Source: an uncultured Elusimicrobia bacterium
Lineage (GTDB): Bacteria > Elusimicrobiota > Elusimicrobia > 2-01-FULL-59-12
Assembly (NCBI GenBank): GCA_963702895.1
Contig: OY969767.1
Location: 1,216,001 to 1,280,000 of the forward strand
Direction of reading: 5' to 3'
Length of the DNA: 64,000 bases
Shown here: positions 20,321 to 29,091 of the stretch, in pieces
Position numbering within the stretch: the first letter of the stretch is position 1
Layout of the letters: every line of letters begins with the position of its first letter
Notes under the pieces: generated by a model
What the model saw: the letters and a program-made list of their open reading frames with translations, nothing else
What the model was told of the DNA's origin: nothing
Database searches by the model: none
Position numbers and translations under genes: made by a program

Positions 20321-20951
20321 GAAAAGTGCGCGCCATTTGAACGAAATTACTCAAAAACCGAAGTCCTGGTTTCTGACTCTTTTCCGGGTGGAACTGAACG
20401 CCGATCAAGTGGTCGCGCTGAACCGCAGAAACGAATCCACCCGCATAAGCTGTCGTCGCAAGGGTATGTTCTGTTTGGGACGGATGAAATTGATAACTGT
20501 GCACAAAATAAAAGTCTGTCATATCCGTAATACCCTCAAAGAGCAGAGATGACTTGAGTTGCCGAACTTCATTCCAGCCAACGTGAGGTATTCTTTCATC
20601 CCTAGAGGTGGCTGCTAGTCGATTCACATATCCGGGGATGAGCCCAAGGCCTTGTGTCCGGCCCCCTTCTTCTCCCCAATCGGACAATAGCTGCATTCCT
20701 AGGCAGATGCCCAGGAGAGGCACGTTCCGTTCGAGGACCGTCTTCTTCAAGATAGGGATCCAACCAGCGTTGCCCAAACGTTTCATGCCATCGGCGTAGG
20801 CTCCGACACCTGGCAAGACAATGGCGTCCGCACTTGTGAGTGCATGGGGATCGTTTGAAACCATGGGGCAGGCACGGCACTCCTCAAGAGAGCGCTTTAA
20901 TGAACCCAGGTTCCCCATCCCGTAATCGATGAGGATGACTTTCATTGGCAT
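20313..20951 (-). CDS. HisH-like glutamine amidotransferase (WbuY type)
   Basis: DYGMGN, LPGVG, GICLGMQ (catalytic Cys), PHVGWN, YFVHSY, QFHPEKS. Confidence 0.9.
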   Translation of the reverse strand: MPMKVILIDYGMGNLGSLKRSLEECRACPMVSNDPHALTSADAIVLPGVGAYADGMKRLGNAGWIPILKKTVLERNVPLLGICLGMQLLSDWGEEGGRTQGLGLIPGYVNRLAATSRDERIPHVGWNEVRQLKSSLLFEGITDMTDFYFVHSYQFHPSQTEHTLATTAYAGGFVSAVQRDHLIGVQFHPEKSQKPGLRFLSNFVQMARTFHA

Positions 20952-22104
20952 GATTCGCCTCGTTGTCGTAATTGATCTTGGTCAAATGACCATTCTGATC
21001 TTTCAGAAGGTTGCCTTTGGCGTCCTTAAGAAACAGCTTCTTATTAGTAAACCGGTCACAGATCTGGACAAACGTCTCAAGACTGAGATCAAGCGGTTGT
21101 AAGATCTCTTCCAAGGGTTTGCCTAAATAGGTCCAAGGAAACTTTCCGTCATGCTTCCGGACCAGATCCATGGCATCTTTCCTCAACAGGCGGCCGCGTC
21201 GGATGTGGAGGGAGGCGATGTCGCTGGCGCGTCCAAAGCCAAACTTCAAGAATTTAAAATAATCATGGATGCCGGTCTGATGATTGTCGAGGTTTTCATA
21301 ATTCACCAAAGAACCTTCGACCGTTGTCACGTGTGTTCGAAAGCCGTAGGCTTGCGCAACCAAGGCATTGGCATAACCATCCCAAGGGACGAAATAACCG
21401 AGGAAAAGGCCCGTGACACCGACTTTTTCGAGCTCCTGATCGGTCGGGTATTGATAGGGAATTAAATCGCGGAGTTGAATGCCGTCCTGGCCCACGAGGT
21501 CGGAGACTCGCAGTCCTAGCAATCCCCCAAACTCTTCCAACCATCGTCGATTCAGGACCCGGCCCTCACTGGCTGTCGCCGGCCCACCGTATTCATTTTG
21601 GGAGTTTTCTCCCCAGATGAGAAGCCGAATGCCAAATCGGACAGCCAATGATACGGGGAGGGTGAAAATCCCGACATGCTCAGGCCAGGAAATGTCTCCG
21701 ACCAACTCCAGCCCTATACGGTTGAGCTTCCTCCGGATGATGGGGTCTGGCGAAAAGGCGACATGATCGACCCCAAGGTTTTTAAGATTTTCGATATTCT
21801 GTCGACCGATCTCTGAGAGATTGCAGGTGGTCGAGGTCACACAAAGGGGCTTCATTCCATACTGCAGCATACGAATAACCTGATAAGTGCTGTCTTTACC
21901 TCCGCTTACAGGAATAATGCAGTCCCACGTCTGACCGTGGCTGCGGTATGGATCAAGGACCGAAAGCAGTTCCTTTTCTCGTGCGTTCCAATCGATGGAC
22001 TGCCGTTGTTCGTAGCTGCGGCATGCGTTGCAGATCTGCTGATCATCCATTCGGAGATCAGGTTTCGTGTCGGGCATCACACAACGTCGACAGTAGTGAA
22101 TCAT
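20884..22104 (-). CDS. N-acetyl sugar amidotransferase (WbuX/WbpG/PseA family)
   Basis: YCRRCVMPDTKP, CNAC, DCIIPVSGGKDS PP-loop, WGEN..EYGG, HDYFKFLKFGFGRA. Start 22104 has a GGAGG RBS and an ATGA overlap. Confidence 0.9.
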   Translation of the reverse strand: MIHYCRRCVMPDTKPDLRMDDQQICNACRSYEQRQSIDWNAREKELLSVLDPYRSHGQTWDCIIPVSGGKDSTYQVIRMLQYGMKPLCVTSTTCNLSEIGRQNIENLKNLGVDHVAFSPDPIIRRKLNRIGLELVGDISWPEHVGIFTLPVSLAVRFGIRLLIWGENSQNEYGGPATASEGRVLNRRWLEEFGGLLGLRVSDLVGQDGIQLRDLIPYQYPTDQELEKVGVTGLFLGYFVPWDGYANALVAQAYGFRTHVTTVEGSLVNYENLDNHQTGIHDYFKFLKFGFGRASDIASLHIRRGRLLRKDAMDLVRKHDGKFPWTYLGKPLEEILQPLDLSLETFVQICDRFTNKKLFLKDAKGNLLKDQNGHLTKINYDNEANHANESHPHRLRDGEPGFIKALS

Positions 22105-22751
22105 GAGCATACCTCCGGGGACATGGAAGAAGTCCTTTTCTCGAGCAAAAACCACGTGAGATCATCTTGAGGAAAGGAAGGATCACGATGGTAAACAAAA
22201 CCATAGTCGCGCAGATGGAGATCGCGGAAACGTTCTAAGAGTTCACCCGCAAAATCACGTTTAAAGAGCTTGCCCTTGTGTCCACGATAGGGGATTTCGA
22301 CGGGTGTTGGGTTGTAGTACTCGACCACGCAGAGAAAGCGCCCGGCACACTGGTGCAAGAGATCATAGGTTTGAGAGAGCCGTTCGGGTGCCATATGGAT
22401 GAGGACGCCTTTGACCAGCACAAGATCTCTCGGATAATCCGGTTGAAAAGCGAGTATCGATTGGGGATAGACCTTGATGTCTTTGATCTTGCGCAGCTCG
22501 GCAGTTGCCGATGGATTAATTTCAATTGCAGAGAGCTTGACGCACGGGATCAACTGTCGGATCGCCATCAAGTTAAGACCGATATTAGAGCCAAATTCGA
22601 GGACGGAACGCACCCCGGTCGCATGCCTCAGAATCTTTGAGAAAAGAGCGACATTGCTGGATAAGAGGTTCTCTGTCTTATTGCGTTTCACATAGTCTGT
22701 GCCGAATTTGCCAGCCCAGAATCGCTCTTGGTCTGTCGTAAATGTTCTCAT
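22101..22751 (-). CDS. Pseudaminic acid biosynthesis-associated methylase
   Basis: QERFWAGKFGTDYVKRN, VLEFGSNIGLNL, IEINP, KGVLIH, EYYNPTP, YRGH...LFKRDFAG, DDLTWFL. Confidence 0.88.
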   Translation of the reverse strand: MRTFTTDQERFWAGKFGTDYVKRNKTENLLSSNVALFSKILRHATGVRSVLEFGSNIGLNLMAIRQLIPCVKLSAIEINPSATAELRKIKDIKVYPQSILAFQPDYPRDLVLVKGVLIHMAPERLSQTYDLLHQCAGRFLCVVEYYNPTPVEIPYRGHKGKLFKRDFAGELLERFRDLHLRDYGFVYHRDPSFPQDDLTWFLLEKRTSSMSPEVCS

Positions 22752-23485
22752 AGGGTTTTTTGCTCCACGTGCGCATTGATTCGAACGAGTTCGGGATGGT
22801 TGGACAGCCAAGCAACGGCCTCTTTCCACGTGAACAAGGGGTTCTTCGGGATGAGGGCTTCGAGCATCTGTTTCACCAGTTCAAAATCCTCAAGCGTGTC
22901 AACCGCCCAGCGATAATGGCTCCAATCATCAGGTTGTTTATAGCTCCGGAGTCGAAATGATTCCGGGTGTTTGTAAATATAAGGCGTGACATGCTCTCGC
23001 TCCGATGGCAGGGTCGCATGCTTGTGAGCTTGTCGCAAGGCATGGATACTGAAGACTTCGCAATCAAGCCCTCGTGGATAGCTTCGCTCAAGGACATTGG
23101 ACGCATAATCGCATGGAGGGTTGACGCTCACATAATCACCGACGAGCTGATCGATAAGTCCCGGGTCAATCAACGGGCAATCGGACGTGACACGCACGAC
23201 ATGGTCAGCTTTGTAGGCTTCAGCCGCACCCAGGAAGCGCTCGAGGACATCATGTTGCGATCCACGATAATAAGGCTGATGGTGTTTCTCGCAAAAGTCG
23301 ACCAGGGGCGCATCGGATTCTTCTCGCGTCATGGCCACGATCACCCCATCCGCACGCCGGGTAGATTTCAGCCGTTCTAAATGGTGTTGGAGCAGTGGCT
23401 TTCCCAAGACCATCTTCAGGACTTTGCCAGGAAGGCGCGTTGAGTCCATGCGTGCCTGGGTGATGATGATGGTTTTCGGCGACAT
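22748..23485 (-). CDS. pseF: SpsF/PseF-like cytidylyltransferase
   Basis: QARMDSTRLPGKVL, RGSQHDVLERF, RVTSDCPLID, YPRGLD, REHVTPY, VDTLEDF; directly after pseB. Confidence 0.8.
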   Translation of the reverse strand: MSPKTIIITQARMDSTRLPGKVLKMVLGKPLLQHHLERLKSTRRADGVIVAMTREESDAPLVDFCEKHHQPYYRGSQHDVLERFLGAAEAYKADHVVRVTSDCPLIDPGLIDQLVGDYVSVNPPCDYASNVLERSYPRGLDCEVFSIHALRQAHKHATLPSEREHVTPYIYKHPESFRLRSYKQPDDWSHYRWAVDTLEDFELVKQMLEALIPKNPLFTWKEAVAWLSNHPELVRINAHVEQKTL

Positions 23486-23488
23486 GGA

Positions 23489-24502
23489 TTAAAAGACCGG
23501 AGAGGCAGCTTTGATATGCATCTCAGCAGCCACGTTGTTGATGAGTGCATCAAGATCATCACCGGAAAGCCACTGGGTGTTTTGATCACTTGAATAACGG
23601 AAATGGTCTGGGAGTTTCTTCCCCCCTTTCCAATGATCGCCGCTCCACCAATCATGCTCTGGCTCGATAATGTACTTGTCAGCCAACTCAATACTGTGTC
23701 GCGATTCTTCTTCCGTCAAAAGGACTTCGTGAAGTTTCTCTCCAGCGCGTATGCCGATTTCCTTGATGCTGCAGTCGGGGCCGATTTTCTTTGCCAAGTC
23801 AATCATTCGTAGACTTGGAATCTTAGGGACAAAGATTTCTCCGCCGTGAACATGGGCCAGAGCATCCAAAACCAGTGCAATCGCCTGGTCCATCGTGATC
23901 CAAAAACGAGTCATACGCTGATCGGTCAAGGTCAGTTGGCCCGTGGCGCGTTGTTTTAAAAAAAGCGGAATCACACTCCCACGGCTCCCCACGACATTGC
24001 CATAGCGAACGATGCCGAATCTGGTGGGCGCGCCTCCAATATAAGCATTGGCATCGACGAAAAGCTTTTCAGCGCACAATTTTGTCGCGCCGTACAAGTT
24101 GCAGGGGTTGACCGCTTTGTCTGTACTGAGCGCGATGACGGTCTGGACTCCGCAGTCGATGGCGGCATTGATAATGTTTTGAGCTCCGAGGACATTGGTC
24201 TTGATGGCTTCGAAGGGGTTGTATTCGAGGGTAGGGACTTGTTTGAGGGCAGCCGCGTGTATGACGCAGTCCACGCCTCGAAAGGCCCGATATAAACGTT
24301 CGCTGTCACGAACATCACCGAGAAAGAAACGCAGGGCTGGGTGTTCCCCATACTGCTGCTTAATCTCAAACTGCTTCAGCTCATCACGACTGAAGATAAT
24401 TACTTTCTTGGGGTAGTGTTGGGTCAGCAGTGTCTGGATGAACTTCTTCCCAAAAGAGCCGGTCCCTCCAGTCACCAAGATGGTCTTTTCTTTGAGGTTC
24501 AT
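23489..24502 (-). CDS. pseB: UDP-N-acetylglucosamine 4,6-dehydratase (inverting)
   Basis: TGGTGSFG, SRDELKQ, HAAALKQVP, STDKA.NP.NLYGATK, RYGNVVGSRGSVIP, MTRFWI, GEKLHE. Start 24502. Confidence 0.95.
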   Translation of the reverse strand: MNLKEKTILVTGGTGSFGKKFIQTLLTQHYPKKVIIFSRDELKQFEIKQQYGEHPALRFFLGDVRDSERLYRAFRGVDCVIHAAALKQVPTLEYNPFEAIKTNVLGAQNIINAAIDCGVQTVIALSTDKAVNPCNLYGATKLCAEKLFVDANAYIGGAPTRFGIVRYGNVVGSRGSVIPLFLKQRATGQLTLTDQRMTRFWITMDQAIALVLDALAHVHGGEIFVPKIPSLRMIDLAKKIGPDCSIKEIGIRAGEKLHEVLLTEEESRHSIELADKYIIEPEHDWWSGDHWKGGKKLPDHFRYSSDQNTQWLSGDDLDALINNVAAEMHIKAASPVF

Positions 24503-25671
24503 CGGGTACCTCCATGAGTTGGGAGTGACACAGCGTCTGTGATGCATCGAAGAACGTGCTCGGCCATGGCGTGTGTCATGGTCGGAAAAATAGGGAGAGA
24601 CAGAAGTCGTGAAAAGGTGGCTTCACTCTGCGGGCAATCGCCTGGTCGCCAACCCATACGATGATAATAGGAATGCAGGTGGATCGGTCTGTAGTGTACA
24701 TGGACGCCAATCCCTTTGGATCGCAACTGAGAAAACACTTCATCCCGCTCGAGACCCAGTTGTTCGGTCAATAGGCGAATAATGTAGAGGTGCCAGGCAT
24801 GTTTATCCCCAGGACGCGCGTGGGGTGGGCGCTGGATGGCTTTGATCTTTCCAAGGCCCTCATCGTAGCTCTTCGCGATCGTTTCACGGCAGTCCAGAAA
24901 GCGGTTCAACTTGCAAAGTTGTGAGATACCCAGCGCGGATTGAAGATCAGAGAGGCGATAGTTATATCCAAGCTCGGTCATGTCATAGCGCCACGATTGT
25001 CTGGCATCTCGATCTCGAACATCGATATCAATGCCGTGGTGGCGGAATTGGCGCAAACGACGGGCCAGATCGGCGTGAGGTGTCGTGACCGCTCCCCCCT
25101 CAGCGGTGGTAATGGACTTGACCGGATGAAAACTGAAGACGGTCATATCGGAAATGGAACCGATCATTTTGCCTTGGTGGATGGCACCAAAGGCATGCGC
25201 TGCATCCTCAATCACCAGAAGTCCTTGTTCTTGAGCAAAACGATGAACGGCGTCCAGATCGACAGGTTCTCCAGCAAAATGCACAGGAACGATCGCCTTG
25301 GTCCGAGTGCTGACCTTTCTTCGCGCATCTTCAAGGTCAAGGTTAAAGCCGTCACGAACAGAATCGACAAAGACAGGTTTAGCCCCAACATAGAGTGCCG
25401 CGTTGGCGGTCGCCAGAAAAGACATGGTTGGCACCAGGATTTCATCCCCTTGCCCAATTCCTGCAACCGCATAAGCCGCGTGAAGTGCAGCCGTACCGGA
25501 CGAGAACGTGACGGCATGCGCTACAGAAAGTCTTTGTTCGATGACCAATTCGAATTCTCGGACTTTAGGGCCTGTGGTGAGATAAGCAGAGCGCAGCACG
25601 TCGACGACTGCTTGCACGTCATCTTCTTCAATCGTCTGGCGCCCGTAAGGGATGAAATCAGGGGGATTCAT
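24499..25671 (-). CDS. pseC: UDP-4-amino-4,6-dideoxy-N-acetyl-beta-L-altrosamine transaminase
   Basis: IPYGRQTI..DD, LTTGPKV, IEDAAHA, FSFHPVKSITTAEGG, LGYNYRLSD, VHYRPIH. Confidence 0.92.
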   Translation of the reverse strand: MNPPDFIPYGRQTIEEDDVQAVVDVLRSAYLTTGPKVREFELVIEQRLSVAHAVTFSSGTAALHAAYAVAGIGQGDEILVPTMSFLATANAALYVGAKPVFVDSVRDGFNLDLEDARRKVSTRTKAIVPVHFAGEPVDLDAVHRFAQEQGLLVIEDAAHAFGAIHQGKMIGSISDMTVFSFHPVKSITTAEGGAVTTPHADLARRLRQFRHHGIDIDVRDRDARQSWRYDMTELGYNYRLSDLQSALGISQLCKLNRFLDCRETIAKSYDEGLGKIKAIQRPPHARPGDKHAWHLYIIRLLTEQLGLERDEVFSQLRSKGIGVHVHYRPIHLHSYYHRMGWRPGDCPQSEATFSRLLSLPIFPTMTHAMAEHVLRCITDAVSLPTHGGTR

Positions 25672-26255
25672 CGTATGTCTCGCGTGGTCGCTCGAGTTCC
25701 TTGCACCTTCAACCTCTCCGTCAGTGTGCTCATAATATTGATCGTATTTCTGGAATCGCTTAAATTGGGCTTCTGGTTTGTCGAAGCGTCTATGACGAGC
25801 GTCTTATCGTCTTGCATGGCAGGCGGTTGTAACGAAGAATCAACGATGCAAGCAGTGCCCGAACAAAGCTCTTGTAAGATCGTTCGTACGAGATCCGCAA
25901 GATCCCCTTGGCCAACCACAATGATTCGACGAATGCCGGGATGGAATTCTTCTTGGAGAAGACTCCGGATCTGGGCTCGGATGAGGCCAAAGCTCTCGAT
26001 GGTCTTGAGCGTGTAGTGATAGGTCTTCTGAGCCTTTTGGGCTATGCTGCGAGGCGTGACGAGGTATTCGACTTTCTTACGGTTGAGCTGCTTGATGCGC
26101 AGAAACCCTTTCGTCGCAAGACGTCTTAAGAGAAGATTGGTCATCCCCAGAGATAATCCGACATGATGGGACAGTTCCCTCTGATTGGCGCGAAAGCCAT
26201 CAGCGAGAACATTGATAATCTCGAATTCTTTTTCAGTGAGTATCGTTTTGTTCAA
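25668..26255 (-). CDS. EPS-associated MarR-type winged-helix transcriptional regulator
   Basis: NQRELSHHVGLSLGMTNLLLRRLATKG....YLVTP..IAQKA; heads the pse operon; TTG start. Confidence 0.85.
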   Translation of the reverse strand: MNKTILTEKEFEIINVLADGFRANQRELSHHVGLSLGMTNLLLRRLATKGFLRIKQLNRKKVEYLVTPRSIAQKAQKTYHYTLKTIESFGLIRAQIRSLLQEEFHPGIRRIIVVGQGDLADLVRTILQELCSGTACIVDSSLQPPAMQDDKTLVIDASTNQKPNLSDSRNTINIMSTLTERLKVQGTRATTRDIR

Positions 26256-26270
26256 TGAGTGAACATTATA
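26250..26270 (-). promoter_or_regulatory. -10 box (TATAAT) followed by a GTTCA-N5-TGAAC palindrome overlapping the regulator start codon
   Basis: Minus strand reads TATAAT GTTCA CTCAT TGAAC; the TTG start codon lies inside the palindrome. Confidence 0.65.
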
Positions 26271-26427
26271 TTAAAAATACGAGTATAACGGTGCAGTAAA
26301 CAAATAGAAATCGAAACGGTGGTCACATGTACATCTGGAAATACGCTATGCACGCCCTAGACGATAGAACGACAGTCCTTTATGAAGAAGACGACAACCA
26401 GATAGAAGTAGGAATACTGCAGGAAAG

Positions 26428-27495
26428 TTAAAGATCATGCCTCGAAGTGGACTTTTTCAAGAACAAGACGATCGAGTCCATGCTTAGCGCTGCTAAGAGC
26501 GAAGCAAATGGCATGACCCAAACAAATTGTCTTTGAAGGAACCAATAGGATCCCTTGATATCTTGAAGGAACAAGATGGCAATAGGAATGGCAATCAAAC
26601 AGATCATATAGAGAATACGCCTGCTTCGGCCTGGCAGAGGCAGGGCGACGCCTCCTGCGATCAGGAGCGCAGGCAATAGCCAGCCATAGCGGATGGAGAT
26701 ATCACCGAGATTGGCGACGACGAACTTCAAAACCGACACCGCACCTTCTCCGGAAAACTCGAAAGTATCGACACCATATTGGAATCCAAATGAAGACCGT
26801 ATGAAATACCAAAGTGGGAGCAGGCTGATGAAAACCCCGGCGATCGTGGGGGCAAGAAGACGCTTGAGAGCTTGGAGTCGGTCTGCACGTGTGTGATTGT
26901 AAGCCCAGACGGAATAGCCAACCACAACCAGGCACATCCAAAGCCCGTACGCATGAAAAAGGAGCGTGAAGGAGACGAGTGCCGCCCAGGCATAAGGCAT
27001 GGGTTTTGACCAGGAGCGCCCCACCGTATTCCATTGACTCGAAACCCAATACAGGCAGAGCGCAAGCGCGGGGAGAACGGCATACGGGCGTAGTTCGAGC
27101 GCATGGAAAATGAGATTGGAATTAAAGGTGAATAGACTCAAGGCCACGAACCGACCCGGCAGAGTGACAATATCGCGTCGGACAATAAGAAAATACAAAC
27201 CGTAGGTGATCAGCAAGGCGCTCGCGTGGGGGATGGCCAGAACCCACTTGTTGGTCGAAAATTGCGCTAAGGGCTATGTCAACAGATAATCACCGGGGTA
27301 ACCGCCCGGGATGCCGGGCAGATAAACGGTCAAGAGATTGCGCAGGGGCATCGCCAGGCTGCGTAATTGCTCTAGTTCGTCTACCCATAGCGAACGGCCA
27401 TAGAGACTTTGCCAACGCAAGAATAGACCAATGGGCGCCAATGTGAGAAACATGGCGTTGTAGGGGTCTTTTAGACGAAGCCAGAGGCGTTTCAT
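26428..27495 (-). pseudogene. GT-C/PMT-like membrane glycosyltransferase interrupted by an in-frame TAG at 27274-27276
   Basis: The 87-aa and 262-aa ORFs are in the same frame: ...RSLWVDELEQL...YPGDYLLT*PLAQFSTNKWVLAIPH...HALELRPYA. LWxDE and ELRPYA are GT-C-like motifs. ATGA overlap at the start. Confidence 0.75.
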
Positions 27496-29075
27496 GAGGA
27501 TGGCCCATCGTAAATCGGTAGCTCGGGCAGAATCCACATCGTGTCTCGGTCTACGACCCGGACCATGGACTCCGCATACGCTGCTTCTTTCCTATCCACA
27601 CGGAGACGAGCACCTTGCGGCAGCTTCTCGGTCGTTTCTTTAAGCTGTCTGTCAACGGCTCGAATTGGGAGGGTGGGTAAGCGCAGGACATCATCACCAT
27701 GCGTCCGATAGACTGAAACGGAGGTCATCAAGAGGGCGAGGGAGAGGCCCCAACGCATCAAGAATCGATCAGAAAATAATCTTTCTGAGAGTGTCAAGAT
27801 CAACATCAGCAGTAAGGAGACGTAGAACCAGCGTGATTGCTGACTTCCCATCCACCATGTGGCCCACCAGAAGACCACGATCCAAGCAAAAAACGACAAT
27901 TCCCGCTGCTTGAGCGATCGCAGGAACAAGAAAACGAATGGGCCAAGGCAGAGTAAATAAGGCAGACCAAGTGGATAATCAAAACGATTATTGACACCTT
28001 GCTTGGGTACGGCCAGCGCCCAGAAGTGGCTCAAGAAAGCTTTTAACGATCTGCCTTCACCATAATCGTCACGTGTTTGGTGGTGAGATCGGGCTGATTC
28101 AAGCACGGCTTGTTTGGTGACGGGTGATTCCGACAATTTCCCATTCCAATGGAAAGTGGCAAAGGGAAACAGGGGTGTCCCAACTTCTCTCATGGACTTG
28201 GCGATGAAGGGGCCGCCAATGAATAAACTCAATATGGCCCAGACCAGCAAGACTCGTCGCCAAGGAATCGATGGCAATGGCCTATGCTCCTGAAATCCTA
28301 GCATCCACCTCCCATCCATGAATCGCCGGGTCATCTCCAGAGCGAGAAAGCCCAGTAACAAAAGAGTGATTTGAATCGGCATGAAGGCTTTGGACCAGAA
28401 TAAGAATGTGAACTCGACACTGCCGATGATCCAATTCTTATTGAGGAGGCTATCGAGACAGGCCAGAGCAAGGTAGGCAATGGAGATGTCCAGCATAGCA
28501 AGACCAAACTGGACCGCAAGACCATGTGATCCTACGATGGCGCTCAGGAGCAAGAGGCTGGGAGGGTTCTTTTGAGGCGCTACTTTGCGAAGCATAGAGA
28601 GACTCACCAAAAGTAAGCCAACAAGAAAAATGAACTGTGGGAACTTGTTTGGCCATGGTGTGGAGAACCAAAAGGGGGCCAGCGAGAACTGTAGAGGCAA
28701 TGGCCATAAATCGGCTATGGCCCAGGGCATGTGTTCAAAGGTGCCAGAAATGAGATGCTGCCGTGGCATCGTGAGGTGGTAATTCAAAGCATCGATTTCT
28801 TGAATGAGATGGGGTGGCAAAAGAGAGGCCACGCATGCGATCGTAAGAATCACAAGAATTAAGAGGATATTCAGGTGGTCAGGTATCGTTCGACGAGCGT
28901 GTGACTTTAGGAGTGGGATGACTCCTTTATCTTTCCAGCCTACATGGACGGCCACGAGCAGGAAGAGGGCGGGCGCAAGGGCCGAACTGTGCGCTCCCGG
29001 GCGGAGATACATCTCGAGCCAAAAGATGGGATAGCCAATGATTAAGAGCCACGTAGGTAGATGCCCGATTCTCAT
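27492..29075 (-). CDS. Polytopic membrane protein, putative GT-C glycosyltransferase
   Basis: Many hydrophobic helices; DALNYHLTMPR, GTPLFPF and SQQSRW motifs. Start 29075. Confidence 0.6.
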   Translation of the reverse strand: MRIGHLPTWLLIIGYPIFWLEMYLRPGAHSSALAPALFLLVAVHVGWKDKGVIPLLKSHARRTIPDHLNILLILVILTIACVASLLPPHLIQEIDALNYHLTMPRQHLISGTFEHMPWAIADLWPLPLQFSLAPFWFSTPWPNKFPQFIFLVGLLLVSLSMLRKVAPQKNPPSLLLLSAIVGSHGLAVQFGLAMLDISIAYLALACLDSLLNKNWIIGSVEFTFLFWSKAFMPIQITLLLLGFLALEMTRRFMDGRWMLGFQEHRPLPSIPWRRVLLVWAILSLFIGGPFIAKSMREVGTPLFPFATFHWNGKLSESPVTKQAVLESARSHHQTRDDYGEGRSLKAFLSHFWALAVPKQGVNNRFDYPLGLPYLLCLGPFVFLFLRSLKQRELSFFAWIVVFWWATWWMGSQQSRWFYVSLLLMLILTLSERLFSDRFLMRWGLSLALLMTSVSVYRTHGDDVLRLPTLPIRAVDRQLKETTEKLPQGARLRVDRKEAAYAESMVRVVDRDTMWILPELPIYDGPSS

Positions 29076-29091
29076 GCCATGGAGCTCGATG

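Noticed and set aside
19529..20951. Second hisF/hisH pair as histidine biosynthesis genes
   Set aside because: They are coupled to a WbuX-type amidotransferase in a glycan operon; the canonical pair lies at 56.4-58.5 kb.
24940..26016. 358-aa + strand ORF
   Set aside because: Antisense shadow of pseC and the regulator with no recognisable motifs; the same applies to other long antisense ORFs such as 50170-51024, 44638-45396, 37783-38517 and 35757-36476.
27274..27276. Pyrrolysine or genetic-code reassignment at the TAG
   Set aside because: Only one such case, TAG ends other genes normally, RF1 is intact and no pyl genes are in view.
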